Shown here in pieces: positions 42,075-50,879 of a stretch of 64,000 bases of DNA. Source of the stretch: an uncultured cyanobacterium. GTDB lineage: Bacteria; Cyanobacteriota; Vampirovibrionia; Vampirovibrionales; JAGQHJ01. The notes beneath the pieces are model-generated. The model was given only the letters and a program-made list of their open reading frames with translations, searched no databases and was not told the DNA's origin. The position numbers were made by a program, and so were the translations under genes. The stretch spans positions 410-64,409 of the forward strand of contig CALAJO010000035.1 of NCBI GenBank assembly GCA_937922745.1. The letters are read 5' to 3'. Numbering within the stretch: position 1 is the first letter of the stretch; each line of letters opens with the position of its first letter.

Positions 42075-42653
42075 ATGTCCCTCAATTTTGACATGGGGAA
42101 TCCCCTGCTGCCGCAGGGCAAGCCAAAGCCCTCGCAAAAATTATCCCCAAACCTGTTGCCGTCAGCATCACTGTCTTCATCATTGCAGGCAGTACTTCAG
42201 TCTCAGGTTAGCGGCATTGTATGGAACGAGATTTACGACAGCCTGAATCCGGAAGTAAAACGGATGAAACGCGCCCGAGAACTTGGTTTATACGATTACG
42301 CCTCGCAAGCGCAAATAACGGAGGCGGAACATCAGCAATACCTCATCCAGTTTGCCCGCAAGGTAGGCCTGCCGGAAGACACCCCGATTGAAAAGGTGGA
42401 GCATCTGTACTCCGAGGTGGAGCGCCAGGAATTTGCCCGCAAATACAACCTGAATGCCGAAACCGCCACCTGGTCGAACATTCGCGAGGCCATCGACAAG
42501 CGCCAGGACCAACTCAAGGCGCTGAACCTGCAAAAGGACTTTTCGAACCAGGACGAAATCATTAAGTCCCTCCACCTGCTGGGCCTGTCGGAAGACGCCC
42601 GGTCAACTGATATCTCGGAGAAGCTAAAAACCCGCGACTCGAAGAAAGACTAG
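42075..42653 (+). CDS. Orphan protein with four short internal repeats
   Basis: AGGAG RBS; repeats ARELGLYDYASQAQI / ARKVGLPEDTPIEKV / ARKYNLNAETATWSNI / LHLLGLSEDARSTDI. Confidence 0.8.
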   Translation: MSLNFDMGNPLLPQGKPKPSQKLSPNLLPSASLSSSLQAVLQSQVSGIVWNEIYDSLNPEVKRMKRARELGLYDYASQAQITEAEHQQYLIQFARKVGLPEDTPIEKVEHLYSEVERQEFARKYNLNAETATWSNIREAIDKRQDQLKALNLQKDFSNQDEIIKSLHLLGLSEDARSTDISEKLKTRDSKKD

Positions 42654-42666
42654 GGGTTCCAGTTTT

Positions 42667-43368
42667 CTACTCTGATGGAGGCAGAGCAGGCTTTGAAGCT
42701 GCGGCACTCAGGGACTGACGGATACCCTCGGCATTAAACCGGCTAAAATCAATAAAATTCGGGACATCTTGCGCTCTCCGATCCAAAAGCAGGCTTGTCG
42801 CAAAGATGAATAGCCCACGCAACGCATCACCCTCCGCGCTTGCAGCGCGCCTTACCGCCTCGCCGTGATTATACCGGGGCGGAAAGAATACCTCGTTCCA
42901 CGCGCGTGGAGAGTACCCCAGCAAGGGATGATGGCTCAGCCCCTGGGCTAAACGGTTGGACGCCCTCCCAACCAGGCCATGGGCTTCCGAAGCACGGCAC
43001 AGGTAGTCAACAATATTCATGGATAATTGTGCGTCCGCTAATAGGTTCGCGGTAAGTTGAATTAATTCCGAATTGACGCCTCGATCCGGCGTGGTCCTGG
43101 CCATTTCCCAAAGCGGGCTGCTATGCGCTTGCGGCACTTTAAAAAAGCTAAAATGATCGATTTCAAGCTTCTGGAGCAAAGTTGAGTAGATTGCGGCATA
43201 TTCCTGTTGAATGTCAGCCAAGGGTTGTGAAGGCAACGCCGAAAACCCGGCCAGCATCTTTTCCACCTGTTGCTCAAAAGGGGTTCCCTTGGGTGACTCG
43301 GTGCTGGAGGCTCTTCTCTGCACTGCCCCAGCAAGAGGGCCTGTTATTAGATGTCTGATCAAATCCAT
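42667..43368 (-). CDS. Orphan helical protein
   Basis: GGAG RBS before MDLIRHL; promoter-like motif at 43397-43424. Confidence 0.7.
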   Translation of the reverse strand: MDLIRHLITGPLAGAVQRRASSTESPKGTPFEQQVEKMLAGFSALPSQPLADIQQEYAAIYSTLLQKLEIDHFSFFKVPQAHSSPLWEMARTTPDRGVNSELIQLTANLLADAQLSMNIVDYLCRASEAHGLVGRASNRLAQGLSHHPLLGYSPRAWNEVFFPPRYNHGEAVRRAASAEGDALRGLFIFATSLLLDRRAQDVPNFIDFSRFNAEGIRQSLSAAASKPALPPSE

Positions 43369-43507
43369 CTTTAATGCTCCCATAATTTCTGGGAGAATAA
43401 AGCACCCTCAAAATTCAAAATTGCCTAGCCTGACGCATTGACTCAGCATCAGATTCAATACAAATTTATCAGGCAGTATCTAACGGGGAAAAGGCCCGGC
43501 AAGCCGC

Positions 43508-45004
43508 CTAGTCATTCTTATACTGCTGGAAGTTGTACCCGGATCCGATGACATCGCGTGGGGCGTAAGGGGCGTTGTGGCGCACCACCAGGCTGCTGCT
43601 AACGGCCAGCCCGCCAGAAACCTTGGATGAATTGACCACGCGGCCATTGACTACCATCTGCGTGGAGCTTCCCCCATCAAAGTTCATGGCTTCAACGGCG
43701 CCCAGTTCCCGCATCAAAGTGGCCATTTCCGTCAGGGTCATCCCCACGGAGGTATCCGCCTGGCGCCCGTCAACCGTTACCATCAGCATCTTCTTGTCGG
43801 CCTTGATCCCGACCGCCGTACGCGGCGCAGGCTTGGTAAACGAGCCATCGCGGAAAGATTGCTCTTTCAGGTCGACATAAACCTGGCCATTGCGAACCAG
43901 GTAAGGCCCGCCACTAATGGCATACTGCACATCCGACCAATCGGGAATGGTGTACACTTGTGGTGATAAACTATCCCCAGGCTGCGCCATGGCCGCAAGG
44001 CCCATTCTCGGCCCAACCAGCACGTACCCATTCCCCGGAATGGACAACGGCATATCGGACACTTCCGTAATCTGGTTGTTCACAATCTGGATCTGCACGC
44101 CTTCTGGCGGGGTGTTCGGCGACATCTGCCCCCAGCGCGGCGTGTACAGGATAAACTCGGATTTGCTCAAGCGAGGCTGATTGACGTTATGCAACGGCAA
44201 ACTCTGGCCGGCGGCATCCACAACCTTGCCCCCAAGGGACAGGCGGGCCATTTTAAACTGTTTATCGGTCGTCATCCCTAGGGCAACGCGGTTATAGAGC
44301 GGGCCGGCAATCAGCTCCCGATTCATAATCATCGTGCCCAGGTTCGTGCCGCTATCCGGCTTGAAGAATGCGGCATTCACCCCGGCCAACGCCCCGGATC
44401 GGTTTACCATATCGGCAACCTTGGCCTTGCCATGCAGCCGGGTGGTCGCCAGTACCGGTTCTATCGTAATATCCGGGTTGGAAGTATCAATCTCCAGGAT
44501 GTTGATGTTCATCGGCCCGGTTGCATAAGTCTTCACAATCTGCTTGTGGGTAACGCCCGGCACCACCTGCTGGCTTTGCTCATGGTTATAATTTTCCTGG
44601 ATGCTCAAAACGAGGCGATCCGGGTTGCTTAGCGGAAAAACCCGCGTGGGCGAAGGGACTTTGCGCTTGACGAACAACTGCACCTTGCCGCCGCGTACCT
44701 CGCAATACATGGACTTTAAATTTTTATGCCCCGGAAAAGCTTGAGAACAATTTTTAATCTGCGAATCAATCCCGCCATTAAATTGCAGGGCAACCGTATT
44801 AGGGTCGTCCTGGGTCAGCACCACATCTTCGGCTGGGCCATTCAAGTCCAGCACGATTTCGGTCTTGACGCCGCCCTGCTTTATCCTCACGTTGGTCAAG
44901 TTCGCCGCATCAGCCGAGCCGGAGAGCATGCTGACTGATGATGCAACGGTTAACACCGCTAATGCCAGGGAAAAAGCCGTTTTAGGTTTAAAAAGCATAT
45001 CCAT
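43508..45004 (-). CDS. Exported phosphodiester glycosidase (NAGPA-like) with AMIN-like N-terminus
   Basis: Signal peptide; LSNPDRLVL; GVNAAFF, GGPYLV, PRTAVG, VTVDGRQ, AMNFDGGSST. Confidence 0.92.
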   Translation of the reverse strand: MDMLFKPKTAFSLALAVLTVASSVSMLSGSADAANLTNVRIKQGGVKTEIVLDLNGPAEDVVLTQDDPNTVALQFNGGIDSQIKNCSQAFPGHKNLKSMYCEVRGGKVQLFVKRKVPSPTRVFPLSNPDRLVLSIQENYNHEQSQQVVPGVTHKQIVKTYATGPMNINILEIDTSNPDITIEPVLATTRLHGKAKVADMVNRSGALAGVNAAFFKPDSGTNLGTMIMNRELIAGPLYNRVALGMTTDKQFKMARLSLGGKVVDAAGQSLPLHNVNQPRLSKSEFILYTPRWGQMSPNTPPEGVQIQIVNNQITEVSDMPLSIPGNGYVLVGPRMGLAAMAQPGDSLSPQVYTIPDWSDVQYAISGGPYLVRNGQVYVDLKEQSFRDGSFTKPAPRTAVGIKADKKMLMVTVDGRQADTSVGMTLTEMATLMRELGAVEAMNFDGGSSTQMVVNGRVVNSSKVSGGLAVSSSLVVRHNAPYAPRDVIGSGYNFQQYKND

Positions 45005-45428
45005 GCACTCTCCATTACTCTTAAGACTATCTCATTTCATGTAAACGTAAATAAAAGCCGTTACCGTCCATCATTCGGAGGAGGTTGATCATGATATCGA
45101 AGAATCTACCCGCACCTTGATAGCATATGCCTTTCTCCATCATCTCATCCGGTTTTACCGCACAAAGCGCACGGCGGGAAATAATGGGATCTCAAGCCGA
45201 CGATTGTTCAGCTTCCATTCCTAACCTTTTTGGACGCTGATCCGGCCCCAACGTTCCCACGTTTTTAATAGATTACAGCCTGAACCAAAAGAGGTCAAAA
45301 AGATCCCGGACTCCAATCAGGATTTACATCGCTTGTAAATTTTTGAACCGTCACGCAATTTCACCTTCCAAAAATTGTTTATTTAAATGTATATATTTCG
45401 ATTTGAGTGCGAGGAGAGAGAAAACGCA

Positions 45429-45809
45429 ATGGATCAGTCATTTGGTACCGGTTTTGGATGGAATCAACCGAACTATCCGGTTCAGAATTACGGCAGCGCT
45501 AAACAGTTCGAACAGGTCGCCAGGTTTGCGGATTACTTCTTCGGGGATGGCGACAGCCAGATCTCCAAGGATGAGTTGATGAGCCTGCAACCCTTTGTGC
45601 CGGACTTTGAGCCTTTAAACGTGCTAATAGAGAACTTTGAAACCTTTGCCGGGCAGGATAACGTGATTAGCCTGCAATCCTATAACTCCTACGGCGTGGA
45701 TAACAACGAGATCGAATCCCTGGCCTGGCAGGACGGCAACGCCGGAAACATTACCTCGGAGGATCTGGCCAGGCGGCAAGAAGTTCAGGCGTATAACCAG
45801 CAGCTGTAG
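45429..45809 (+). CDS. Small acidic protein with EF-hand-like loops
   Basis: GAGAGAG RBS; DGDSQISKDEL, GQDNVIS, DGNAGNITSEDL. Confidence 0.7.
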   Translation: MDQSFGTGFGWNQPNYPVQNYGSAKQFEQVARFADYFFGDGDSQISKDELMSLQPFVPDFEPLNVLIENFETFAGQDNVISLQSYNSYGVDNNEIESLAWQDGNAGNITSEDLARRQEVQAYNQQL

Positions 45810-45897
45810 GCCGTTGTAACAGATGAGCCCGTATTAAACAGTTGGGCACTGTTGCTCCCCAAGCGAGCTTGCTACAATACTCTCCATACGATTTTGG

Positions 45898-47214
45898 ATG
45901 AGGAAGCAGGCTTTGATTACGTTGGAAATTTCGCCGGAAGCGGTAAAGCCGGAACAACACCCCGCATTTGAAATGAAGACCGACGCGCCGGAAGGGGAGT
46001 GGGAAAAAACCACGGTTTACACCTCGCCCTCCGGCACGCCGTTGGGATGGGCCAAGCAGAAAAAGAACCCGACCCATCTGGTGCGGTTTTTTCAGGGCAA
46101 AGGCGGCTTCTGCGCCATTGTCTCCAACGATGACGTAATCTACTTTGGGCTTCCCGGCAGCCGCATCGAGCTGAACGACACCATTGTTGAAATTCCGGGC
46201 GAGCCCATCCAGGGTAAAACCGAAACGCTGCTGTATCCCAACTCCAACACGCCGGTTCAGCAAGTTACCCCGCAAGCCATGATCTTGGGCGCGGGGCTCG
46301 CAACGCGCTTTGAGCCTATCTCTGGCGATACTACCGGCCTACCCAAACCCGGCGTTCCGCTTGCCGGGGAAGATTCCGTCATCGCCTCCATTGCCAAGCT
46401 GCTGAAGAAGCACGGCATTAAGACGATTTACATCAACACCTTTTACAAGCCGGATGCGTTAAAGCGCCAACTTGCCGGGCTGCAAGGTATTGAACTGGTT
46501 TATATCGATGAGGACGCCCCCTCCGGAACTGCCGGCGGGCTGTCTAAAGCGCTGGAACAGAAGATGCTGGATGCAAACGCACCCATCATCATCATCCAAG
46601 GCGACGCGATTACGGATGCCGATCTGTCCTTTTTGCTCAACACGCACCAGCAGCGCCATGCGGCCGTTACCATCGGCGGGCAGATTGTTTCTGACCGGGA
46701 TGTCCACAAGTTCGGCATTATCGAAACCGATGCGTCTGGTGGCGACGGGCAGTCCGGGAATATTGTTTCCTTCAAGGAAAAACCCGCTTTGGAAGAAGCC
46801 GGGCCCAGCCGTTTCGCCAACGCCGGTTTTTACATCCTGGCGCCGGAGGTTTTCCCGTTATTCCTGCAAGGGTGGAAAAACACCCAGGCCAACCAGGCCA
46901 TCTACGATTACGCCAAGGATTTCTTCCCGCTGGTTCTGGACGCCGTCCAGAACCGGCAGCTTCAGGATGCATCCGGGCAACCGATGGGTTTCTGGGCGCA
47001 AGCCGTGGGCGGTTACTGGAGCGATATCGGGATGCCGGAACAATATATCGAAGCCGTACACGATGTTTACGCCGGCCGTTTATCGTTGGATATGCCTGCG
47101 AACCCTGCCGACTTTTACGAAAACGGCATTATTTACTGGCCCGGAACCAAAGCCCTGGCCCAGGCAGCGCAAGCCCAGCTCAGCGGCAATGTCATCGTTA
47201 GCCCAAAACCCTAA
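45898..47214 (+). CDS. Sugar-phosphate nucleotidyltransferase with about 125 aa N-terminal extension
   Basis: AMILGAGLATRF...PKP, PSGTAGG, IQGDA, FKEKP, ANAGFYI, YWSDIG. Confidence 0.9.
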   Translation: MRKQALITLEISPEAVKPEQHPAFEMKTDAPEGEWEKTTVYTSPSGTPLGWAKQKKNPTHLVRFFQGKGGFCAIVSNDDVIYFGLPGSRIELNDTIVEIPGEPIQGKTETLLYPNSNTPVQQVTPQAMILGAGLATRFEPISGDTTGLPKPGVPLAGEDSVIASIAKLLKKHGIKTIYINTFYKPDALKRQLAGLQGIELVYIDEDAPSGTAGGLSKALEQKMLDANAPIIIIQGDAITDADLSFLLNTHQQRHAAVTIGGQIVSDRDVHKFGIIETDASGGDGQSGNIVSFKEKPALEEAGPSRFANAGFYILAPEVFPLFLQGWKNTQANQAIYDYAKDFFPLVLDAVQNRQLQDASGQPMGFWAQAVGGYWSDIGMPEQYIEAVHDVYAGRLSLDMPANPADFYENGIIYWPGTKALAQAAQAQLSGNVIVSPKP

Positions 47215-47220
47215 TCCGGT

Positions 47221-47682
47221 TTAGTGTTGGGCGTAATCCATGCGCCCAATGGTGATTTCCGCATTTTTCGGGTCAAACACTATTTTAATCGCATTCAGGA
47301 GCGGCTGATAGAGCGCCCCGAGGTCTGTATTTTTAAAGGGCCCTTCCTTTTGCAGGTACAGCCAGGTATCCATGAGCTTTTCCATCGTTGGGCTAAGCTG
47401 TTCTACAGGCGGCCTGCCTTGAATTTGCGCCAGCTTTGCCGCCAAAACCCGAACCCCTATAGCAATGTCGGAAATGGTGCCATACGCGATGCGCCTGGCT
47501 ATCTCATCAATCGGCATGGCCACGATACCGCGAATAGCTCTGCGCTCCGGGGTATCTGCCGAATCGAAATGATCCAGCACGGCACCCACCTCGCTTACCT
47601 GTTGCTGGGTAGCGCCAAAGCGATTTTGGCTTGAATTTACCTTTACTGGGTGAGCGAACCCCGTTTTTCCAATCTGCATCAT
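47221..47682 (-). CDS. Orphan protein with NRFGA leader
   Basis: AGGAG RBS before MMQIGKTGFAHPVKVNSSQNRFG; promoter-like motif at 47713-47740. Confidence 0.78.
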   Translation of the reverse strand: MMQIGKTGFAHPVKVNSSQNRFGATQQQVSEVGAVLDHFDSADTPERRAIRGIVAMPIDEIARRIAYGTISDIAIGVRVLAAKLAQIQGRPPVEQLSPTMEKLMDTWLYLQKEGPFKNTDLGALYQPLLNAIKIVFDPKNAEITIGRMDYAQH

Positions 47683-47780
47683 CCAAATCTCTCCTGAAAC
47701 AAATGACCCTATTAAAAAGTTGCTCAAGCATTTGGATTGCTTTTTTGGCAAGATAATTCATGTCATCCCTTATCGCGATA

Positions 47781-48455
47781 ATGCCCACGGTGTCTATCCA
47801 AGCCAACATTGCGCAAATCCAATCGCAGTTCCCGGCAGGCCGGGAAATTTGCCTGGTTGCGGTTTCCAAATACACCACCCCGCAACAGATGATAGAGGCG
47901 TATCACTGCGGCATCCGCGATTTTGGGGAAAATAAAATCCAGGACGTGATTCGTAAAAAATCCGAGCTGCCCGCGGAAATCGAACCGAAGATTCGCTGGC
48001 ATTTTTTGGGACACCTCCAAAAAAACAAGGCCGTCAAAGCCATTGAGCTGGGTTTTTATTGCATCCATTCCGTGGACTCCCTGGCGCTGGCGCAAAAATT
48101 ATCTACGCTTGCGCTGGCCCATGGCATCAAACAACGTGTCCTGCTCCAGGTCAACCTCACGCGCGAGCCTCAGAAATCCGGCTTTCTGGAAGCGGACCTG
48201 GCGCATGTCTTTCCACAATTAATAATGCTCGAAGGGTTGCAGATTAACGGGCTGATGACCATCGGGCCCAACCCGCCGACACCGGAAGCGAGCCCCGCCG
48301 TTTTCTGCAAACTCAAATCCCTGCGGGATAACCTTTCCCATGAATCCGGGATAGCCTTGCCGGATCTTTCCATGGGAATGAGCCAGGATTTTCATCACGC
48401 TTTGAAATGTGGTGCTACAATTATTAGGGTAGGCAACCGACTATTTAACCCCTAA
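47781..48455 (+). CDS. yggS: PLP homeostasis protein YggS/PipY
   Basis: LVAVSKY, FGENKIQ, WHFLGHLQKNK, IHSVDS, GLMTIG, LSMGMSQDF, GATIIRVG. Confidence 0.96.
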   Translation: MPTVSIQANIAQIQSQFPAGREICLVAVSKYTTPQQMIEAYHCGIRDFGENKIQDVIRKKSELPAEIEPKIRWHFLGHLQKNKAVKAIELGFYCIHSVDSLALAQKLSTLALAHGIKQRVLLQVNLTREPQKSGFLEADLAHVFPQLIMLEGLQINGLMTIGPNPPTPEASPAVFCKLKSLRDNLSHESGIALPDLSMGMSQDFHHALKCGATIIRVGNRLFNP

Positions 48456-48530
48456 GTTGCCGGGGAAAATTTTTTATTGTTTAACCGTTACCAAAATACA
48501 AAGGATAGAATCGAGGAGGTCCGAAACGTT

Positions 48531-49013
48531 ATGAGTGGATTCGTCAACCGGATTAAAAGCTGGGTTACAGGCGATGATTTTGATGAAGATGTGTTCAGTG
48601 TAGACGACGAGTTTGAGCCGGAGCGCCCTATGTACAACAACCAAACCCCGCAGGAAGAAACGTTTGCTGCAACCAGCCGTCGCACCCCGCGCAGCCTTAA
48701 AGTGGTTGAGCATCCTGGTGTAAACGCCACCCAGGTTATTGTGTTGGAGCCTAAAGCATTTGAAGAGTCCCTGGAGATTGTTGAGCATCTGCGTGCCAAA
48801 AAATCCGTTATTTTAAACATGCACCTGTTGGATACGGCCCAATCCCAACGGGTTGTTGATTTCCTGTCCGGCGCAACCCACGCCATCGATGGAAACCAGC
48901 AACGCATTGGCGATGGCGTCTTTATTTTTACGCCCAACAACGTGTCTATTTCCACCGAACAAACCAAGGCAATGGATTTTACAACGCAGGCCTTCTGGCA
49001 CACCAACCGTTAG
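48531..49013 (+). CDS. sepF: Cell division protein SepF
   Basis: EPKAFEE, SVILN, QRVVDFLSGATHAIDG, IFTPNNV; yggS-sepF synteny; GAGGAGG RBS. Confidence 0.95.
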   Translation: MSGFVNRIKSWVTGDDFDEDVFSVDDEFEPERPMYNNQTPQEETFAATSRRTPRSLKVVEHPGVNATQVIVLEPKAFEESLEIVEHLRAKKSVILNMHLLDTAQSQRVVDFLSGATHAIDGNQQRIGDGVFIFTPNNVSISTEQTKAMDFTTQAFWHTNR

Positions 49014-49016
49014 AGA

Positions 49017-49409
49017 GTGGGGTTTGCCCCTGTGCTGGCTAAACTGTTCTGGCTCTGGCTTGGCGGGGGTATCGGTACAATCTGTCGATACTGGCTGGCA
49101 ACAAAACTCTATTTCCGGTTTCAAGAATCCGTTTTTCCATATGGCACCCTGGGAGTCAATCTCCTAGGGTGTTTTTTCATCGGGTTGCTGGTGGAAATAC
49201 TGGATAAACAAGGCGCACCGCCGCACATTCGGTTATTTCTCATCACCGGCCTTTTGGGCGGCTTTACCACCTTCTCCGCCTTTGGCCTGGAAACCTTGAA
49301 TTTAATCAAGCAAGGCGCGCTGCCGGCCGCGTTTATTTATATGATGGCCTCTGTCGGGCTGGGCCTTTTGGCCGTTTGGGGCGGCGTCCAACTGGCCAAA
49401 CCGGCCTAA
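49017..49409 (+). CDS. crcB: Fluoride channel CrcB/FluC
   Basis: GGGIGTICRY, PYGTLGVNLLGCF, TGLLGGFTTFSAF. Confidence 0.96.
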   Translation: MGFAPVLAKLFWLWLGGGIGTICRYWLATKLYFRFQESVFPYGTLGVNLLGCFFIGLLVEILDKQGAPPHIRLFLITGLLGGFTTFSAFGLETLNLIKQGALPAAFIYMMASVGLGLLAVWGGVQLAKPA

Positions 49410-49546
49410 GATTTTCTCAAACCTAAAGAATTGATTAGGGGCGTAACAAACTGTCACGCCCCTTTAAAACCGGGTTTTCATGCAATCAACATAGGCAATA
49501 ATTATTTGGGCAGGATAAAACGAACTTTATCTGGAGGGTTATTGAT

Positions 49547-50041
49547 ATGACATGGTGTGGGACAAACACGGCTTCGGGGTGTGGGAATAACCAAGGTTAC
49601 GCGGCTTTTCTGGGGCTAATGCAGGCTTTTAGAAATAACAACAGCAGCCAGGGCGGAGGCGTCATTAGCGGGTGCTTCAATTCGCAGCCCAACACTCCGC
49701 CAATCCAATATGGCAACTGGGGAAGTTCGCAAGGTGGCTTTTCCTGGCCGGTACAGGACGATTACGCGGTGAATCCCTACCCGCTGCCGGGATATAACAG
49801 CGTGCCGGGGCACAGCAGCGATTACTGGGAAAGCAGCGGATTCGGCGGCGGCTGGCTCTCCGACTACGGATCGCCCACGCCCTCTATTTATGATATCGAT
49901 CCCGGCATTTACTCCTTTAGCGATTTTAATGGCGACCCGGGCATTGTTTACGAATATGACTTCAGTGGCGATCCCGGTATCGTGGTGGAACCGCAGCGGC
50001 AAACACCCGCAGGAGCCGGGGATACTTCCTCCATCGGCTAA
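49547..50041 (+). CDS. Low-complexity G/S/Y/D-rich orphan protein with DPGI repeats
   Basis: GGAGG RBS; DIDPGIY / NGDPGIV / SGDPGIV. Confidence 0.7.
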   Translation: MTWCGTNTASGCGNNQGYAAFLGLMQAFRNNNSSQGGGVISGCFNSQPNTPPIQYGNWGSSQGGFSWPVQDDYAVNPYPLPGYNSVPGHSSDYWESSGFGGGWLSDYGSPTPSIYDIDPGIYSFSDFNGDPGIVYEYDFSGDPGIVVEPQRQTPAGAGDTSSIG

Positions 50042-50391
50042 GCCGGCCGAGGGTGCGGCAACAGATACTCCCGAATCAAGGTATCGACGTCCTTGACCTG
50101 CACATTACGAAAGTACAGGACAGGCGGTTGCTCCAGCTCGCCCAAGGCCTTGTTGACGATGGCAACCGTGGTGCCGTCCTGCTTGCATCCTAAAATGCAA
50201 CCGCTGTTAAACACAAATACGGAACGGCTCAAGCCGTATTCCATCACCTTGCGCTGGAAAGCCTGAAGGACGGCGACCCCCTGGGTCAGGTCGCACTGCT
50301 CGAACGAGCGGGTAACCGGGTTGGTGCAAACCCACACAAAATGGGTGTAATGATAGCCAAATGCCTGTCCGGGAATAAAGGGTTCCATCAT
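50038..50391 (-). CDS. Thioredoxin-like [2Fe-2S] ferredoxin
   Basis: VWVCTN...QC...SGCILGC...VLYFRNV...DVDTLI; AGGAG RBS. Confidence 0.85.
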   Translation of the reverse strand: MMEPFIPGQAFGYHYTHFVWVCTNPVTRSFEQCDLTQGVAVLQAFQRKVMEYGLSRSVFVFNSGCILGCKQDGTTVAIVNKALGELEQPPVLYFRNVQVKDVDTLIREYLLPHPRPA

Positions 50392-50879
50392 AACTCCTGG
50401 CGTTGTGCGCGCAGCCGGTTCTGCCGGTATGCCATGCTTACTGTATCGCAAACCCCGGCAATACAGCCCAATTTTTTCGGAATGTAACCAACAGCATCAA
50501 AACCCGCTCACATAGCCAGGTTGTAAGCTCTAAACCACCAAGTAGATCCACCGCCAAGTCAGCTATCCTCAAAAATGAGGGCTGTAATTTCCCTCCCCAC
50601 CCAACCATGCTGCAAATCAAGAAGCCCAACAAATGTCTCTCTCTATGCCAAATATTTTTATAATGCGCGAAAATGCCAGAATGGGGCTGTGGCAATCTCC
50701 TCAGGCAGAAAACGTTCCGGCCAATTTGTCCCTCCTTTTTGGGATCCCTGTCCGACGCCACAAACCGGAAAAAAACGGGGGCTTGGCTAGGGGAGCGATA
50801 GGCAGAAAAATCGATTAACGATATGATGAGAAGAAGAAGAGAAGACGCTAGCATAATGGCTTGGGATAGAGGTGTGTTA

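Noticed and set aside
48960-49030. Possible fluoride riboswitch before crcB
   Set aside because: crcB follows sepF within a few bases, leaving no room, and no convincing aptamer was seen.
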